Positions 14,362 through 26,300 of a DNA stretch of 64,000 bases are shown here, piece after piece. The first letter of the stretch is position 1. Every line of letters starts with the position of its first letter. The stretch spans positions 81,282,001 to 81,346,000 of the forward strand of contig CM097888.1 in NCBI GenBank assembly GCA_044892525.1. Reading direction: 5' to 3'. Both the position numbers and the translations under genes were made by a program. The notes under the pieces were generated by a model, which was not told where the DNA came from, did not search any database, and worked only from the letters and a program-made list of their open reading frames with translations. Origin of the DNA: Schmidtea polychroa (lineage: Eukaryota).

Positions 14362-14870
14362 TTACGAAACCATTCTAGCAAGTAAAAGAGTCTCACCAGT
14401 AATACCAAGGAATGAATAGAAGAGGGCTACTCGGAAACCCTCGGGGTCCAATTGCTGTTGTAAATTCTCATGGCATATAGATCGAGGAAAGAAAAATTTC
14501 CGAAACAAATATAAATTTCCAAAATTCCCACTTAAATGCCCCACGAATTGAGTATATAGGCATATCTGGGATTAATACCAAGCGACAATAACCCCAACAC
14601 GTTAACTGCCTGAAATGCCATTTCCAAAATGGAGGGCTTGAAAACCCATTCCTAACACTAGACAAATTTAAAAAATGAAAGGTTGACTTACCCGTCGAAT
14701 ATCAGCTGATGAATGAGCCACTTACAACCACTATGGTCAGGGATTCACAAAGAGCTGAATGTAAATTCAGTCAATTTGCAATATCCGCTTTCCATAGTGG
14801 GTCAGAGCAGCATAAATTCCACTGACCATATTGGTTCCAAGTTTTTCTTGTTAATTTACTGACTATATAG
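14362..14870 (-). pseudogene. Spliced, decayed gene of unknown hydrophobic protein
   Basis: Donor GG|GTAAGT near 14691 and acceptor TTTGTCTAG| 34 bp later join in phase: ...WNLCCSDPLWKADIAN*LNLHSALCESLTIVVVSGSFIS*YSTG|VLGMGFQALHFGNGISGS*RVGVIVAWY*SQICLYTQFVGHLSGNFGNLYLFRKFFFP... Four internal stops. Confidence 0.4.
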
Positions 14871-14933
14871 TAAGTTAACAAATTAAAATTTTAATTAACT
14901 TAAACAACGGATTCTAAAATGAATAATTTTAGC

Positions 14934-15185
14934 TTTAATTTATAAAACGTAAATTACCCATTTTTATGGTATTAATTACCAAACCAGTAAGGGTGGCTTT
15001 AAATTTATTCCATTAAAATCGAACTTTAAATTTAATTTATAAAATGTAAATTACCCATTCTTAGGATATTACTTACTAAAGCAGTAAGGGTGACTTTAAA
15101 TTTATTTCATTAAAATTGAACTTTAAATATAATTTATAAAATGTAAATTACCCATTTTTATCGTATTAATTATCAAATCCGTAAG
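14934..15185. repeat. 97-bp tandem repeat, 2.6 copies
   Basis: Units start at 14934, 15031 and 15128 (T.TAATTTATAAAA.GTAAATTACCCATT...). Confidence 0.9.
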
Positions 15186-15327
15186 ACTATTGTCGAGTGG
15201 GTGAACTGTTGGGTGAAATGTATATTATGCTAAAATGTGAGTGGTGAAAGTGTATTCAGACGTTTTTGACTAACCCCGTAGTTGGATGGACAGGGAGTCG
15301 TGTTAATGTCCCTTTATCATTACAGAT

Positions 15328-15786
15328 ATGCCCAACACCATGATATGGAACGCACAGGCCGGACCCTCATCCTTCGATTCAAGCCGCGGACCACCAAGCG
15401 AGGAAACAGACGAAGCCGTACGACTACGGGAAGATGCAGAGGTTGCCCGCCTAAGGTCCCGGTGGATATGGTACAAAATCCACGATTGGACCTATCAGAA
15501 TGTGGTTCCAGTGACCCCGAAGATCGAACCGTATATTAATTATACGTCACTGACTCTGAGTGACGCCTTCGACAATGTGAAAGAGGCGGTGGACCGGCTA
15601 GACCGGCTCGAAACATCAGTCCTGGCCGGCGAGTTGGAAGACATCGACGGCTACGCCCGAGCCCAGTGCCACCCAAAGCGGACCGCAGCTCTTCGCCGGG
15701 AGCTGGAGTACTTAGGAACTTCTCGACGGGGAGCGGAACCGGCGAGAAAACGTGGGCGTCCGCGGAAAACCGCCCAATTCAACTAA
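15328..15786 (+). CDS. Unknown 152-aa protein with C-terminal AT-hook (RKRGRPRK); cassette copy 1, ORF1
   Basis: GC-rich open ORF preceded by acceptor TTTATCATTACAG|AT-ATG. 12/31 identities by hand to 34942-35295 in the core (D.....V.RL...E.....G.LED.DG.A) plus the shared AT-hook. Confidence 0.65.
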   Translation: MPNTMIWNAQAGPSSFDSSRGPPSEETDEAVRLREDAEVARLRSRWIWYKIHDWTYQNVVPVTPKIEPYINYTSLTLSDAFDNVKEAVDRLDRLETSVLAGELEDIDGYARAQCHPKRTAALRRELEYLGTSRRGAEPARKRGRPRKTAQFN

Positions 15787-16184
15787 GATAATCGCCGGGC
15801 CAAATATCCGCACCTTGTGATGCGACTTCGAGTGGACTCTTACTCACTATAATGATTAGCATGTCTCGACTTCGTTATCATCGCAGTGTAAAGTGTGATT
15901 GTCTTGCAATTCTGCATTTGATTTTCTCTTAACCTATGTGAAAATGTTGTTATTTTATGTTTTGGTTTATTAATATTAAGTTGCTTGTTCGAATTTCCTT
16001 ATTGTATACGTATATACTGATATTCCTTTAAACGTTGACTATTATCACCAACCTCATAACATCTTAGTGAAACTCATAAGACCGGAGTTGGGGTTTAGGT
16101 GCGCACGGATGCGGGCTGCGACGGGGAGATTATAACTTTTGCCACAATGGTGTTAGCGATATAACGTGGATACTTGACGAAAGT

Positions 16185-16674
16185 GTGAAGAGATGCTCAT
16201 TTTTATTTATTTCAGTGATAAAACTCCTGGAAGAAATGAGAGCCGACAGAGAGAGGGCGCAACGACAGGTAGAAGAGTATCGGGCCAAGTTAATGCGACT
16301 TAAGGCCCATTGCCGAAACTTCGAGGGCACCTGGTTCCCGCCCACAGAGATGAAGAAGCGAATGAAACTCATCACCCAGTTGCAACTCCAGAGCGCCCAA
16401 GATCAAGTTGAGTTGCGGGCCCTCCGCCTGAGGGTGAGAGAGCTGGAAGTCCAGTCGCACCAACAAAACCTTGATCGAGAGGTCATCTCCGGGATCCGCA
16501 ATGGATGAGCTGCTCCACCAACGAAAGGAATGCGCAGCGTCGAAGATCCCGAAGAAGAAGATCCGGCCGGGTAAAGCGGCGCGGGCGAAAATCCGCCAAG
16601 CCTGTCAGGCCCAAGCGACGCTCAAGGCTACTTCGTCAGAGTCTGCACCGAAAGAACCGACTATAACCCTATGA
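16185..16674 (+). CDS. Unknown coiled-coil protein; cassette copy 1, ORF2 (overlapping basic tail ORF 16471-16674)
   Basis: Acceptor TTTTATTTATTTCAG| at 16215. VIKLLEEMRADRE...KAHCRNFEGTWFPPTEMKK has 20/48 identities by hand to the 33565-33786 ORF. AATAAA at ~16694. Confidence 0.65.
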
Positions 16675-16789
16675 GTTTTGATTTTGTGTTGTGAATAAAT
16701 ATTATGGGTGTATTCATATCTGGGTATTTCGAATTTGCCATAATGTTGAGTTTCGGAATAGGGACAAAGAAAAACGGACATAGGCCTTC

Positions 16790-16990
16790 TATCGGCAGTC
16801 CGTGAACCCCAGTGGGTACTAGACAATTATAGTATGCTAAGCATGCTCACTTTTTGCTAGTGCCCAAGCCCTTGATACAGTACCAACGTTGATTACTCAA
16901 CGGGTATCAAGTGGTCAGCTATAAATTGTATTCTTGGTTACGCTGGAAACAGCATGAGGGGGTAAAGATTTTTCAGTACCTGTAACCCAC
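16790..16990 (+). ncRNA. Candidate structured RNA element (three stems), cassette copy 1
   Basis: Stems 16814-22/16857-65, 16870-77/16903-10 (inner 16886-91/16896-901) and 16936-42/16981-87. Pairing is preserved with different sequence in copy 2. Strand of function unknown. Confidence 0.55.
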
Positions 16991-18099
16991 CATTTGTGTT
17001 CATTATCATTAGCAGGTAAAATTATAACGCAGCATAAATTTTTTTTTATTTTGGAAAATTGCAACCTTCCAAAAATTTCATTGCATATTTTGTTGAAAAT
17101 GAAATGGAAATTGTTGAGGATGTCTAAATTGTAAAATTGTATAATTGTTAAATGAATAAAATCAGCAGTGGATGTATGAAATGTAGATTGTTTTGGAAGT
17201 CGGGATATAAAAATGGAGAAAATAAAATTCTATGTCTCGACAGCTGCCAGAAATAATAGAGAGATTAGGGATGAGCGAAGAATTATATTATGTACTTTAT
17301 GAGAATCAGATTAATTATTTTTCAAGAATTAGTTTATTTAATTTTTAAGAATTAGATTATTTATTTTCCAAGAATTATATTATTTACTTTACAAGAATCC
17401 TATTGTTTATGTTATCAAACTTACCGCCTCAGTCGAATGTGAGATTTCTGGATTGATTTATGACTATGGTTGTGTTTATACTGGTGATCTATGTTGGCCG
17501 AGTCCATCCGACAGTAGATCAAAATTATCGGTTTATCTGAGAATCTTAAGACGATTGTTAAAACTGAACTTTGTCACATTTAATCCGAATTGTTTAAAAG
17601 TGGTTGATGATAGTGAATTTGGCAATTTAACTGAGGGGTTCTAAATAAGTTTACGGAGAATTACAAACAATCGTAGCTAATTCGTATGAGACGGAAATGA
17701 TGATGAAGTTGATGTTTACGTGTGGTTTATCTCGACGCGGCGACCGATTAATCTGTTGTGAACTTATCGTCGACGAATTTTCGTGGGAAAATGACGAATT
17801 GTAGTCATGACAAATGAAAACTGGATTTTGTGAAAAAATTCTTCCTAGCCTACACCTATGCCTGATCGTAAATTGAACTCTCGTTGAAATGTCAGACCAA
17901 ACGTTGGATGATTATTAACGAACGGTGAATAAGATTAGTAAAGAGTTGACACAAACGATGTCGGTTCACAAATCTTTGGGAATTACAATAACTACTCTAC
18001 GGAAAAAATTCTCTCAGTGATTATTCTATGTCTAGAAATTCTACGCATTTCAAGATTGCTGCAATGGTCTTCGAATTTTCACCTGTGGTTATGCATGTG

Positions 18100-18590
18100 A
18101 TTACCTTGGATATTCTCACACCTCGAAGATGATGCTACTACTTCTTTTCTCTTTGTAGAGCTACTTTTCGTCTTACCACCTCTCATGGTACTAGTACCGA
18201 CTATTATCGGACGACCACGCTAGACGGTTCGACACCTTATGTACATGTTATCATAATATATCAATATCAACATAAATGAAATAATAATTATTATCTATAA
18301 ATACTACTTACCAGCGACCATGCCCTTTGTCTCCGAGTATGATGCTCCTCACCTCATCTGCGATTTCTGATACCGAAGCATTAAACTCAATTGATAACCC
18401 TACCACTAAATCTTTATCCAAAATCCACATCATTCCCATAGTCTTCAACTCGTGTTGCAGATGACATTCAAATTCATTCATAAATCTTGCAAATGCTGAA
18501 ATTCGTGGATATCTTGCATCTTCATTTTCGGGGTGGCAGTTAGCGATCATACTCAGTCGTCCAGACGGCATCGTCGCTGGCTCCGTGAAG
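18100..18590 (-). pseudogene. Spliced decayed gene with RGRP (AT-hook core-like) basic C-terminus
   Basis: Exon ...VRSIILGDKGHGRW ends at 18312 with GTAAGT donor. Acceptor ACATAAG| at 18236 (76-bp intron). Continues in phase as CRTV*RGRPIIVGTSTMRGGKTKSSSTKRK with one TAG. Confidence 0.45.
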
Positions 18591-20391
18591 AGAAAATATG
18601 AAAACATAATGATCATAATATTTTAATTACTACAACTACATCCGTGATTTAATCATATAAATGGAATGAACTATAATCAAATAAATAAATAAATAAAAAT
18701 CGTTTTACTTTATCTTAATTCTCTTATTCAAAGTGCTAAATCGACTTGTCGAATCCTCCGGAATGAAGCTGTAATAATTCGAATTGATATCGAGAAAGTT
18801 ATCCTTGGAGTTTAATCGTAATGTCCCTGTGCTTTGTTAGTCCTAACTGATTAGAAACCTGTCTTAAGAATTTAGAAATTAAGGGAACTAACTAAATGAC
18901 CGCTTTATATATTAATTTTCATCCCATCAGGACTTAGTTGGGGTGTAATTTCGCTGTTTTCTTTATTTTTTAGGTTTTATTCGTTTTCCTCAAATTATTT
19001 ATTTGTTTTAATTATCTATCTTATTTGGTTATTTAATTTTTATATTTTTACTTATTTTGGTGGGTTTTCCGTTGATCATTTTGCGTGTAGTTTGCTATTT
19101 TAACTTTCTTGTGTGTTTATTTTATATTTTTATGCTTAATTTTATTTATTTTGATTCTCGGTTGTTGTTTGGTTGTCCGATTTTAATTATTTTCTTTTAT
19201 TTGTTTGTAGGGTCACTTGCTTTGTAGTTTGTTGGTTCTTATTCATGGTTTCCTTACTCGGATTTCTTGTTGGTTTTAATTTCTTGTTTTCTCTTTTTAT
19301 TTAATTTTCCTACTCACTTAGCTATTAGTAATAGCCTATTACACTCAACTTTATTTAATATGGTATTTAATTTTTAACCATTCGTCCCCATTTCTAATTC
19401 TCACAACTTCGCTCCGATTTTTTTATGATTCTTACAGCTTCATTCCGGTTTTTATAACTTTTAACCCAACAATGACTTTAAAAAGGTTAAGAATCACGGA
19501 ATCACTCTACTACTCTTGCTCCAGTCCAACAATAATTTAGAGGTGGAGCTAACCGGCAAAATCTGACCAATTAAAAGAGTGACTATCACTCGCGGGTTTT
19601 TCGACTCTCAAAAATTTCTGTTATCCAGCTCAAGCTCCTACTTCTCCACCATCCAAAAATAACAGACGGACTCCACCGGTACCCATACTCTGATCTAGTG
19701 ACAAGGTTTTGGAAAAATAAAAGAATTCACTGAGGAGATCATCTGTGCACTAACTCATGGAGGCTTGATTAAGGTTATACAACCCTGTTCACATTTCATC
19801 AATCTAGTGTCATATAACGATTAAAATAATAACGAAAATATTTTTTCAATGGCAGAATAAAAATCATTTGTGGTTTCTAGTTAAGGTATACGAAAGTCAT
19901 GACATAAGCATAATTTAACAGTCTTGAACGCTAAAAAAATAATTTCCCAGTTCCAAGTTCAATATGCTAAGGATAAAAAAGTATATAGCCTGAATAGTCA
20001 AAATTAAAACTTGTAGCAGGCCTCAATCATTATGAAAAACATAGTTGTAAACTAAAGACAAAATTTATTACGAAATTCAGTAATATAGAAAAATTTTTGA
20101 ATTCTTTGAAAACAAAGATATGGAACACTCAGAACCAGGATGATCATTAATGAGGGGAAAAGTATAGCGAATACTCTAATATTACAATTGGTACCACATT
20201 AATTCATTAAATTAAAATTGATGTTTGTGAATTCGGAGTGTTTAAAATAATTAATTGCAACCTTTCTCATAAAATTAATTTTTAAATATTTATCAGTTAT
20301 TTGCTTAAAATTTTATTATTACTAAATCTCATTTAAAAAATATTTTTTGATTCAAAGTTTTTGTTGGTTTAATTACTATAACATAGTACAA

Positions 20392-23300
20392 ATGACTGGA
20401 GTTGATACTGATTGCATGACAATAACTCGATATATTCTTCATGAACAACGTAAACATCCACATGCTTCTGGTGATTTCACTCAAATTTTGACTGCTATTT
20501 CAACAGCTGTAAAAGCTGTTTCGACTTATGTTCGAAAGGCTGGAATTACTAAATTGTAAAATATCTTTTTTAAAATTTTAATTATAATAATCATTAAGAT
20601 TTGGTCTAATTGGAAATACAAATGTACAAGGTGAGGAAGTGAAAAAATTGGATGTTATAGCAAATGAACTGTTTATTAATATGTTAAAATCATCATTTAA
20701 AACTTGTTTAATGGTATCGGAAGAAAATGACGAAATTATTCACGTTTCGAAGGAAGAAGAAGTATAACAGATTATTGGAAATTTAACTAGTTAAAAATGA
20801 TTAGGGAAAATATGTTGTTTGTTTTGATCCTTTGGATGGTTCATCTAATATCGATTGTTTGGGATCAATCGGATCTATTTTTGCAATTTATTTGCGGAAA
20901 TCCAAGGATGCACCTTCGATTTCAGATGCCTTGCAACCTGGGAAAAAATTAGTAGCAGCTGGATATGCATTGTATGGAAGTGCAACAGTATTAGTCGTCT
21001 CCCTCGGTGATGGTGTTAATTGTTTCATGCTCGATCCGGTAAAAATTATATTTTTAATCCAGTTTTAATTGAATTGTTTGATATTTTGATTTATTAATTC
21101 AGATTCTAATTGATCATGTAAAAAGAATTAAGTAGTCACCAATTTCAATATATATATATATATATAGTATTGGACTCGAATTAATGTTTATATTAGTATT
21201 ACTTACAATCAATCATCGACGATGTTTTGCAATTTATATGTAAATGTTAGTGTCCGTTACTGTTTAGCAATCCAGGCATGTGATATTGAGATCCGTGGCT
21301 TATATTCTTAATTTTTTTACAATTTATTCTTTGTCTATTTTTCCCGATTTTAAGGATATTGGAATGGGGGGGGAGTAACCAAATTTTGTAATTCTTTTAT
21401 AGTTATCATCTAGATTTTCTTTATGTTATCCAATTTATTCAGTTTTCTATAATTTCCGAACACTTAGAAACATATATAGCGGCTGGTAGATATCTGGTAT
21501 GCTTGGATGGCTCGAAGGGGGGCGGGACGGGTTAATGATTATTTTATAATTAATAATTTTCTATAGGTCATTTTAGCTATTTTTGAATTTCCTTATAGCA
21601 TTTAGTTTAGATATTAAATGACCTATTTATTGCCTGTGAATATTTATGGATAGTGCCAGGTGGGTTTGTGTGGGGAGGGGTGCTGATTATTATATTGATA
21701 TTGACATTTTGCTGGTTACAATTGATTATGTTTTTCGCTTTTTCTGTGTCAGTAAATTGCCCTATTACCCATATAAGTTATTACCTGGGGATATTTATGT
21801 ATATCTATTCCGGATGTACCGGAGAGTGGGGGGGGGGCAAATATTATTTTATTATTGTTGACATTCAGTTAATTATTTTAGTTATTTCATATTACCATTT
21901 AGCCTTTAATTTAGTCATTTAATTATCTACATTACCCTTTTATTACCTGGAAATATTTATAAGTATCTCTGGGTTCCAGATGTACCGGGGGGGGGTGTGC
22001 AAATATTATTGGCAATCAGTTGATTATTAACAAGTTGCACAACAGCCAGAGAGATTAGTTCAAAGATTTCCCTTTTGCAAGCAATAGAGTTTGTCGCTGA
22101 CAGTTGGTGAGCTATAAAAACCACCACAATACAGAACTGTTTTACTGATTGCGACTTTAAACCCTTAGATATTTCCGAAATTTTAAGCAATGAGGAAAAT
22201 GAGGATACATTGCAAGTTGCTATTATTAACTATGAAGAATTTTCAACAATATATAACAATTTACATGTTACGATGATAATGAAAACTGTGAGCATTCAAT
22301 TGTAGAAGGTATTAAATCAAAACATGAAAAATTAGACGAAGATGATGATGCTGATGATGAGTCACCTGTGCCTGTGACTAACCAGGAGGCAAAAAGTGTA
22401 TGGCCGTATTACAGCGTTATTTTATGCAGGAAGGAAATGAAGGGAGCCCTATATCCGCACTGAATATCTGTGCTGATTTTTTACAAGTGAAATGTTACAA
22501 AAACAAAAGACAGGCTACACTTGACTCATTTTTGCATTGAATTAAATTTATTATTTTAATTACGAAATATTTTTTTTTAGAAAAATTTATTTGTAATTTA
22601 TATGATAATTTATATTACCTATATGCAATTTACAGTTTTCAAGAGTTTATAAAATAAAATTATTAAAAAAAATATGCATTGTTTAATTTTATTTGTGTAT
22701 TACTGGTTAATGGCCTTAGTTGCCAAAACCAAATCAATGAATTTAAAAAAATGGGAAATTCGCTTAATAGGAACAAAATGCCCAAGTCCCGATGTGTCCC
22801 AATTAAACGGAATCGACTATATATATATATATATATATATATAAGGTCGATTATGGCGAATGTCACCTCAGCGTAACCCTATAAATTACGCTGAACACTG
22901 AAAATAAAATGGAGTAGGTTACAATGAAATTATGCTTGTCTCAAAGAATCAGCTGGCGAATTTTGAATATTTACTTTGGCCAGTGCGAAGTTACAAAAAT
23001 AATTGACAGACAATTCAATTTAGATACTTTTTGCACTTTAGCCTTTCACAATCTTACATTCATAATGATTTGTTTTACTTTATCGCAAACATTAGCTACT
23101 TCCCTTGAATATTTGATGTTCATTTACATATGGACGTATTGAATGACATACAATACATTATTTGATTAAAAGCACAAAATGAAAATATCCTGTGGTAATG
23201 ACTGTCATAGGTACCATGTAAGAAATTTGTTCCTATCTGAGATCAAATGCTGTAACTTTGTAAACAGATCACAGTAATATCGCAATTTTTGTACCGCTCT

Positions 23301-26300
23301 TATCAAATACATTACAAGTACATTTAAAATCTTATAAACTTGGCGTATCAACAACTCATATCATCCTTGTATCGCTAAATAGGTGTAAAGACCAAGTTCG
23401 TAATTGCATCCGCTATTGCTAATGGACTAAATAGAATAAAGTGGGTTCTTGGGGGCGGGGGTCTGGCCACAAAGTTACTGGATTCGATCCCGGGTGATAT
23501 TGGGTTTTTACAAGGTACCGAATACAGCAAAATAAACTAGAAACTAATCTGCCATTAGAAATCATATTGAAAACCACTGTAAACCCGAAAATGAAAACCA
23601 TTTGAATCAACATATTGATTTATAGTCGATAATAAATTACGGTAAAAGAAACTGTAAATAAAACAGATCAAAGGTGAAAAAGATAAACGATATTGATTAT
23701 TATTAAATATTTGAAATCAATTTTTTTAAAGCTTAATTATGTCAATTAATTGTTAATGATTTTTTCAAAATAAAATAAAAAATGAAATTAAACTAAAATA
23801 CTATTAAATAAAGTGACTAGATTTTTTTTAACCCAAAAGCAATCTAGAGGATAGGGAAATGCGGTAATTACAAAATAATTTAATCAATTTTTTTTCAATA
23901 ATGTATAACTTTCTTTTAAAACATAATAAAAGTCTTCACGCATATACCGCAAATTTACATTCACTGAAGTCACTGCTGATAAGGTTTCTTTGTTTATTCT
24001 AGATTTGTCACTACTCCAGAAATCATTAATAATTGAAAATGCCCTTTCAGCTATCGCATTAGTATCTGGGAAGCACAAATCAAGTCATTTCAAATTTTTT
24101 ATAGGAATATGCTCATCTTTAAAATATTTATTTATTTCTATCCAACGAAACTTAACTTCTATTCTATTTTTATTCCATTCATACAATGTTTCCATTGAAC
24201 AATACATGTTTACTCGAAGAGTTCCTTGTCATCGATAACAATTTCGTGATTCCTTCAAAATCTCTTCCTAATCAAATTTATATTTTCTGTATCTCGTCAT
24301 TCTCTTTGAAAATCCATATAATCGGAGCTTTAATAATTGATTTTCACAATATTGTCCAAAACAATTCAAGAAGTATATAACATGAGAAAAGCAGTCCTTA
24401 AGTAGGGCATGAGAATTTGTACTATAATACATATTATACGTATCCCACAGTATTGAGGGTTAAATTAGAAATTGGCATTATTCAATTTTAAGGTCACTCT
24501 GTTGGATAATAACAGAACGTTCTGATAGGTGTTACAACTGCTATTACCGTACAAAATTTTGAAGATTTTTGTTTTTATTATTTTTTTCCCTTATCATTTC
24601 TCTTATTTTCCTAATAAGAGCAAAATGTATATAAGGTTGTAACTTTTAATCTTATGTTGTTATCAATTTGTTATTTTGCCCTAAATATAATGTTACTATA
24701 GACCATATTGAATATATTCAGTAGTTTTTTTAGCAAACTTTAAACAATGAATTAATTTTCATAAACAATTGGACTTTGTTATAAATGCACTATATCTCCA
24801 ATGTACTAAGGTAGTTAAAATTCAAATCTCAAAACAGCATTTTATCGAAAGTCGTAATATTAATAAGTCATTTGTGAAAGAAGCTCCCTTTCTTGTTTAA
24901 AGATAAAAGAGAAGACTATTGCATTTCTAACATTAAGCAATTGGAAATAGTTTAAAGAAAGAATAAAAAATAAACTGTCACAAATAAAATTTTGTAAAAT
25001 GTGCATATTGCATCTTTATTTGTTTTTAAACTCTTGTTTCTCTAACTTCTTTGAACCTTTATGGAATTATTTCAGAATTGACAAAAAGTATTGCTCAACC
25101 TATTTGTAGCATGTGTAAATCAATCTTGTTTGAATAGTTTTTCGAAATTTTATCAGGATACAGTTTTTAATCTTACTTAATTTTTATCTTTGATAATATC
25201 GACCAATAAATTATTAATAAAATCTTTCATTACCATATAATATTCACGGTTGGACATACGAATTTGGCATTTTCCTCTATTTTTCTGATTTTCATTGGTT
25301 TCGCCGTATATCTTTGTCGTTTTTTTATCTGTAAATAATTAAGCAGATTTTGGTGAAACTTGCTTGTTTATTACAATTGTTGAGGATACCTAAATGATAA
25401 ATAACATAATAAATAAATAAATTACCTGGGGGAAGATCGCCGTGACAAACGGGACGATCTATGGGAACTCAGAAAAGAAAACGAAAGTAAAAAGAAATTA
25501 AAAATGAGAAAGATAAATCAAATAAGAGGAAAGAAGCAAGAAATTTAAACAAAGGTCATTGTTAATTAAGAAGTACAAATGAAGGTGGAATTTCAAATTC
25601 CATGAAAACAAAATAGGAGAAAAAGCCGTATCTTGACAGCTTGTCAAAGATAGCGAAATTGTCTGGAGAAGACGGCTTAATAAAAAAGGAAAATGGGAAA
25701 ATATCTTGATCTGTCAGAGATAAGGCTGAGGAAAAGGAAAATGGAAAACAGAATCTGTCGCCAGTGCCACAAATGAAACAGACTATATAAAGCAGAACAG
25801 TTGACCGAGAAATTAGAACAAAATTAGAGACGAAAAGAGTTAAAAAGGAATCTCAAAGGGAGAGTTTTAAGGAACAATTAAAGAGAGAATTAAACAGAGT
25901 TCAGAACAGAGTGAAACGAGAAGTGACGAGAATCTTTTGTAAAATTGAATATAAAGTGGAAGTGGAGTAAATAAATTAGTGGTCAAAGCAAATAGAACGA
26001 TCGATCAACGTACCCTGTAATTGTGTAGTGGATGGCTTAGTTGATGTTGGGGTTACAGAAAGGGCTATTCTTCACGTAGTGTCGAAATAAGCTCTGTCTG
26101 ATAAATTGGTTTATAGTTAATTGGGTGTAATTGAAATTTGTACAATCCAGTGTGAATATTAATAAAGCCTATCGTGTTCGAGAGTGTTAAATTGTAAATT
26201 AATAAACACGCTTTGGATTCAGAGTAAAAGTTTGAATTTACAAACCGTTTCACCAACCCAATAACCCAACAAAGTTAAGTACATTAATAAACAAGCAAAT

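Noticed and set aside
14362-14870. Alternative genetic code (stop read-through) to explain interrupted frames
   Set aside because: Host genes use TAG, TGA and TAA as normal terminators, and the interrupting stops are mixed types; decay is the simpler explanation.
14934-17400. CRISPR-like array
   Set aside because: The repeats are head-to-tail tandem units without unique spacers, in a eukaryotic context with no cas genes.
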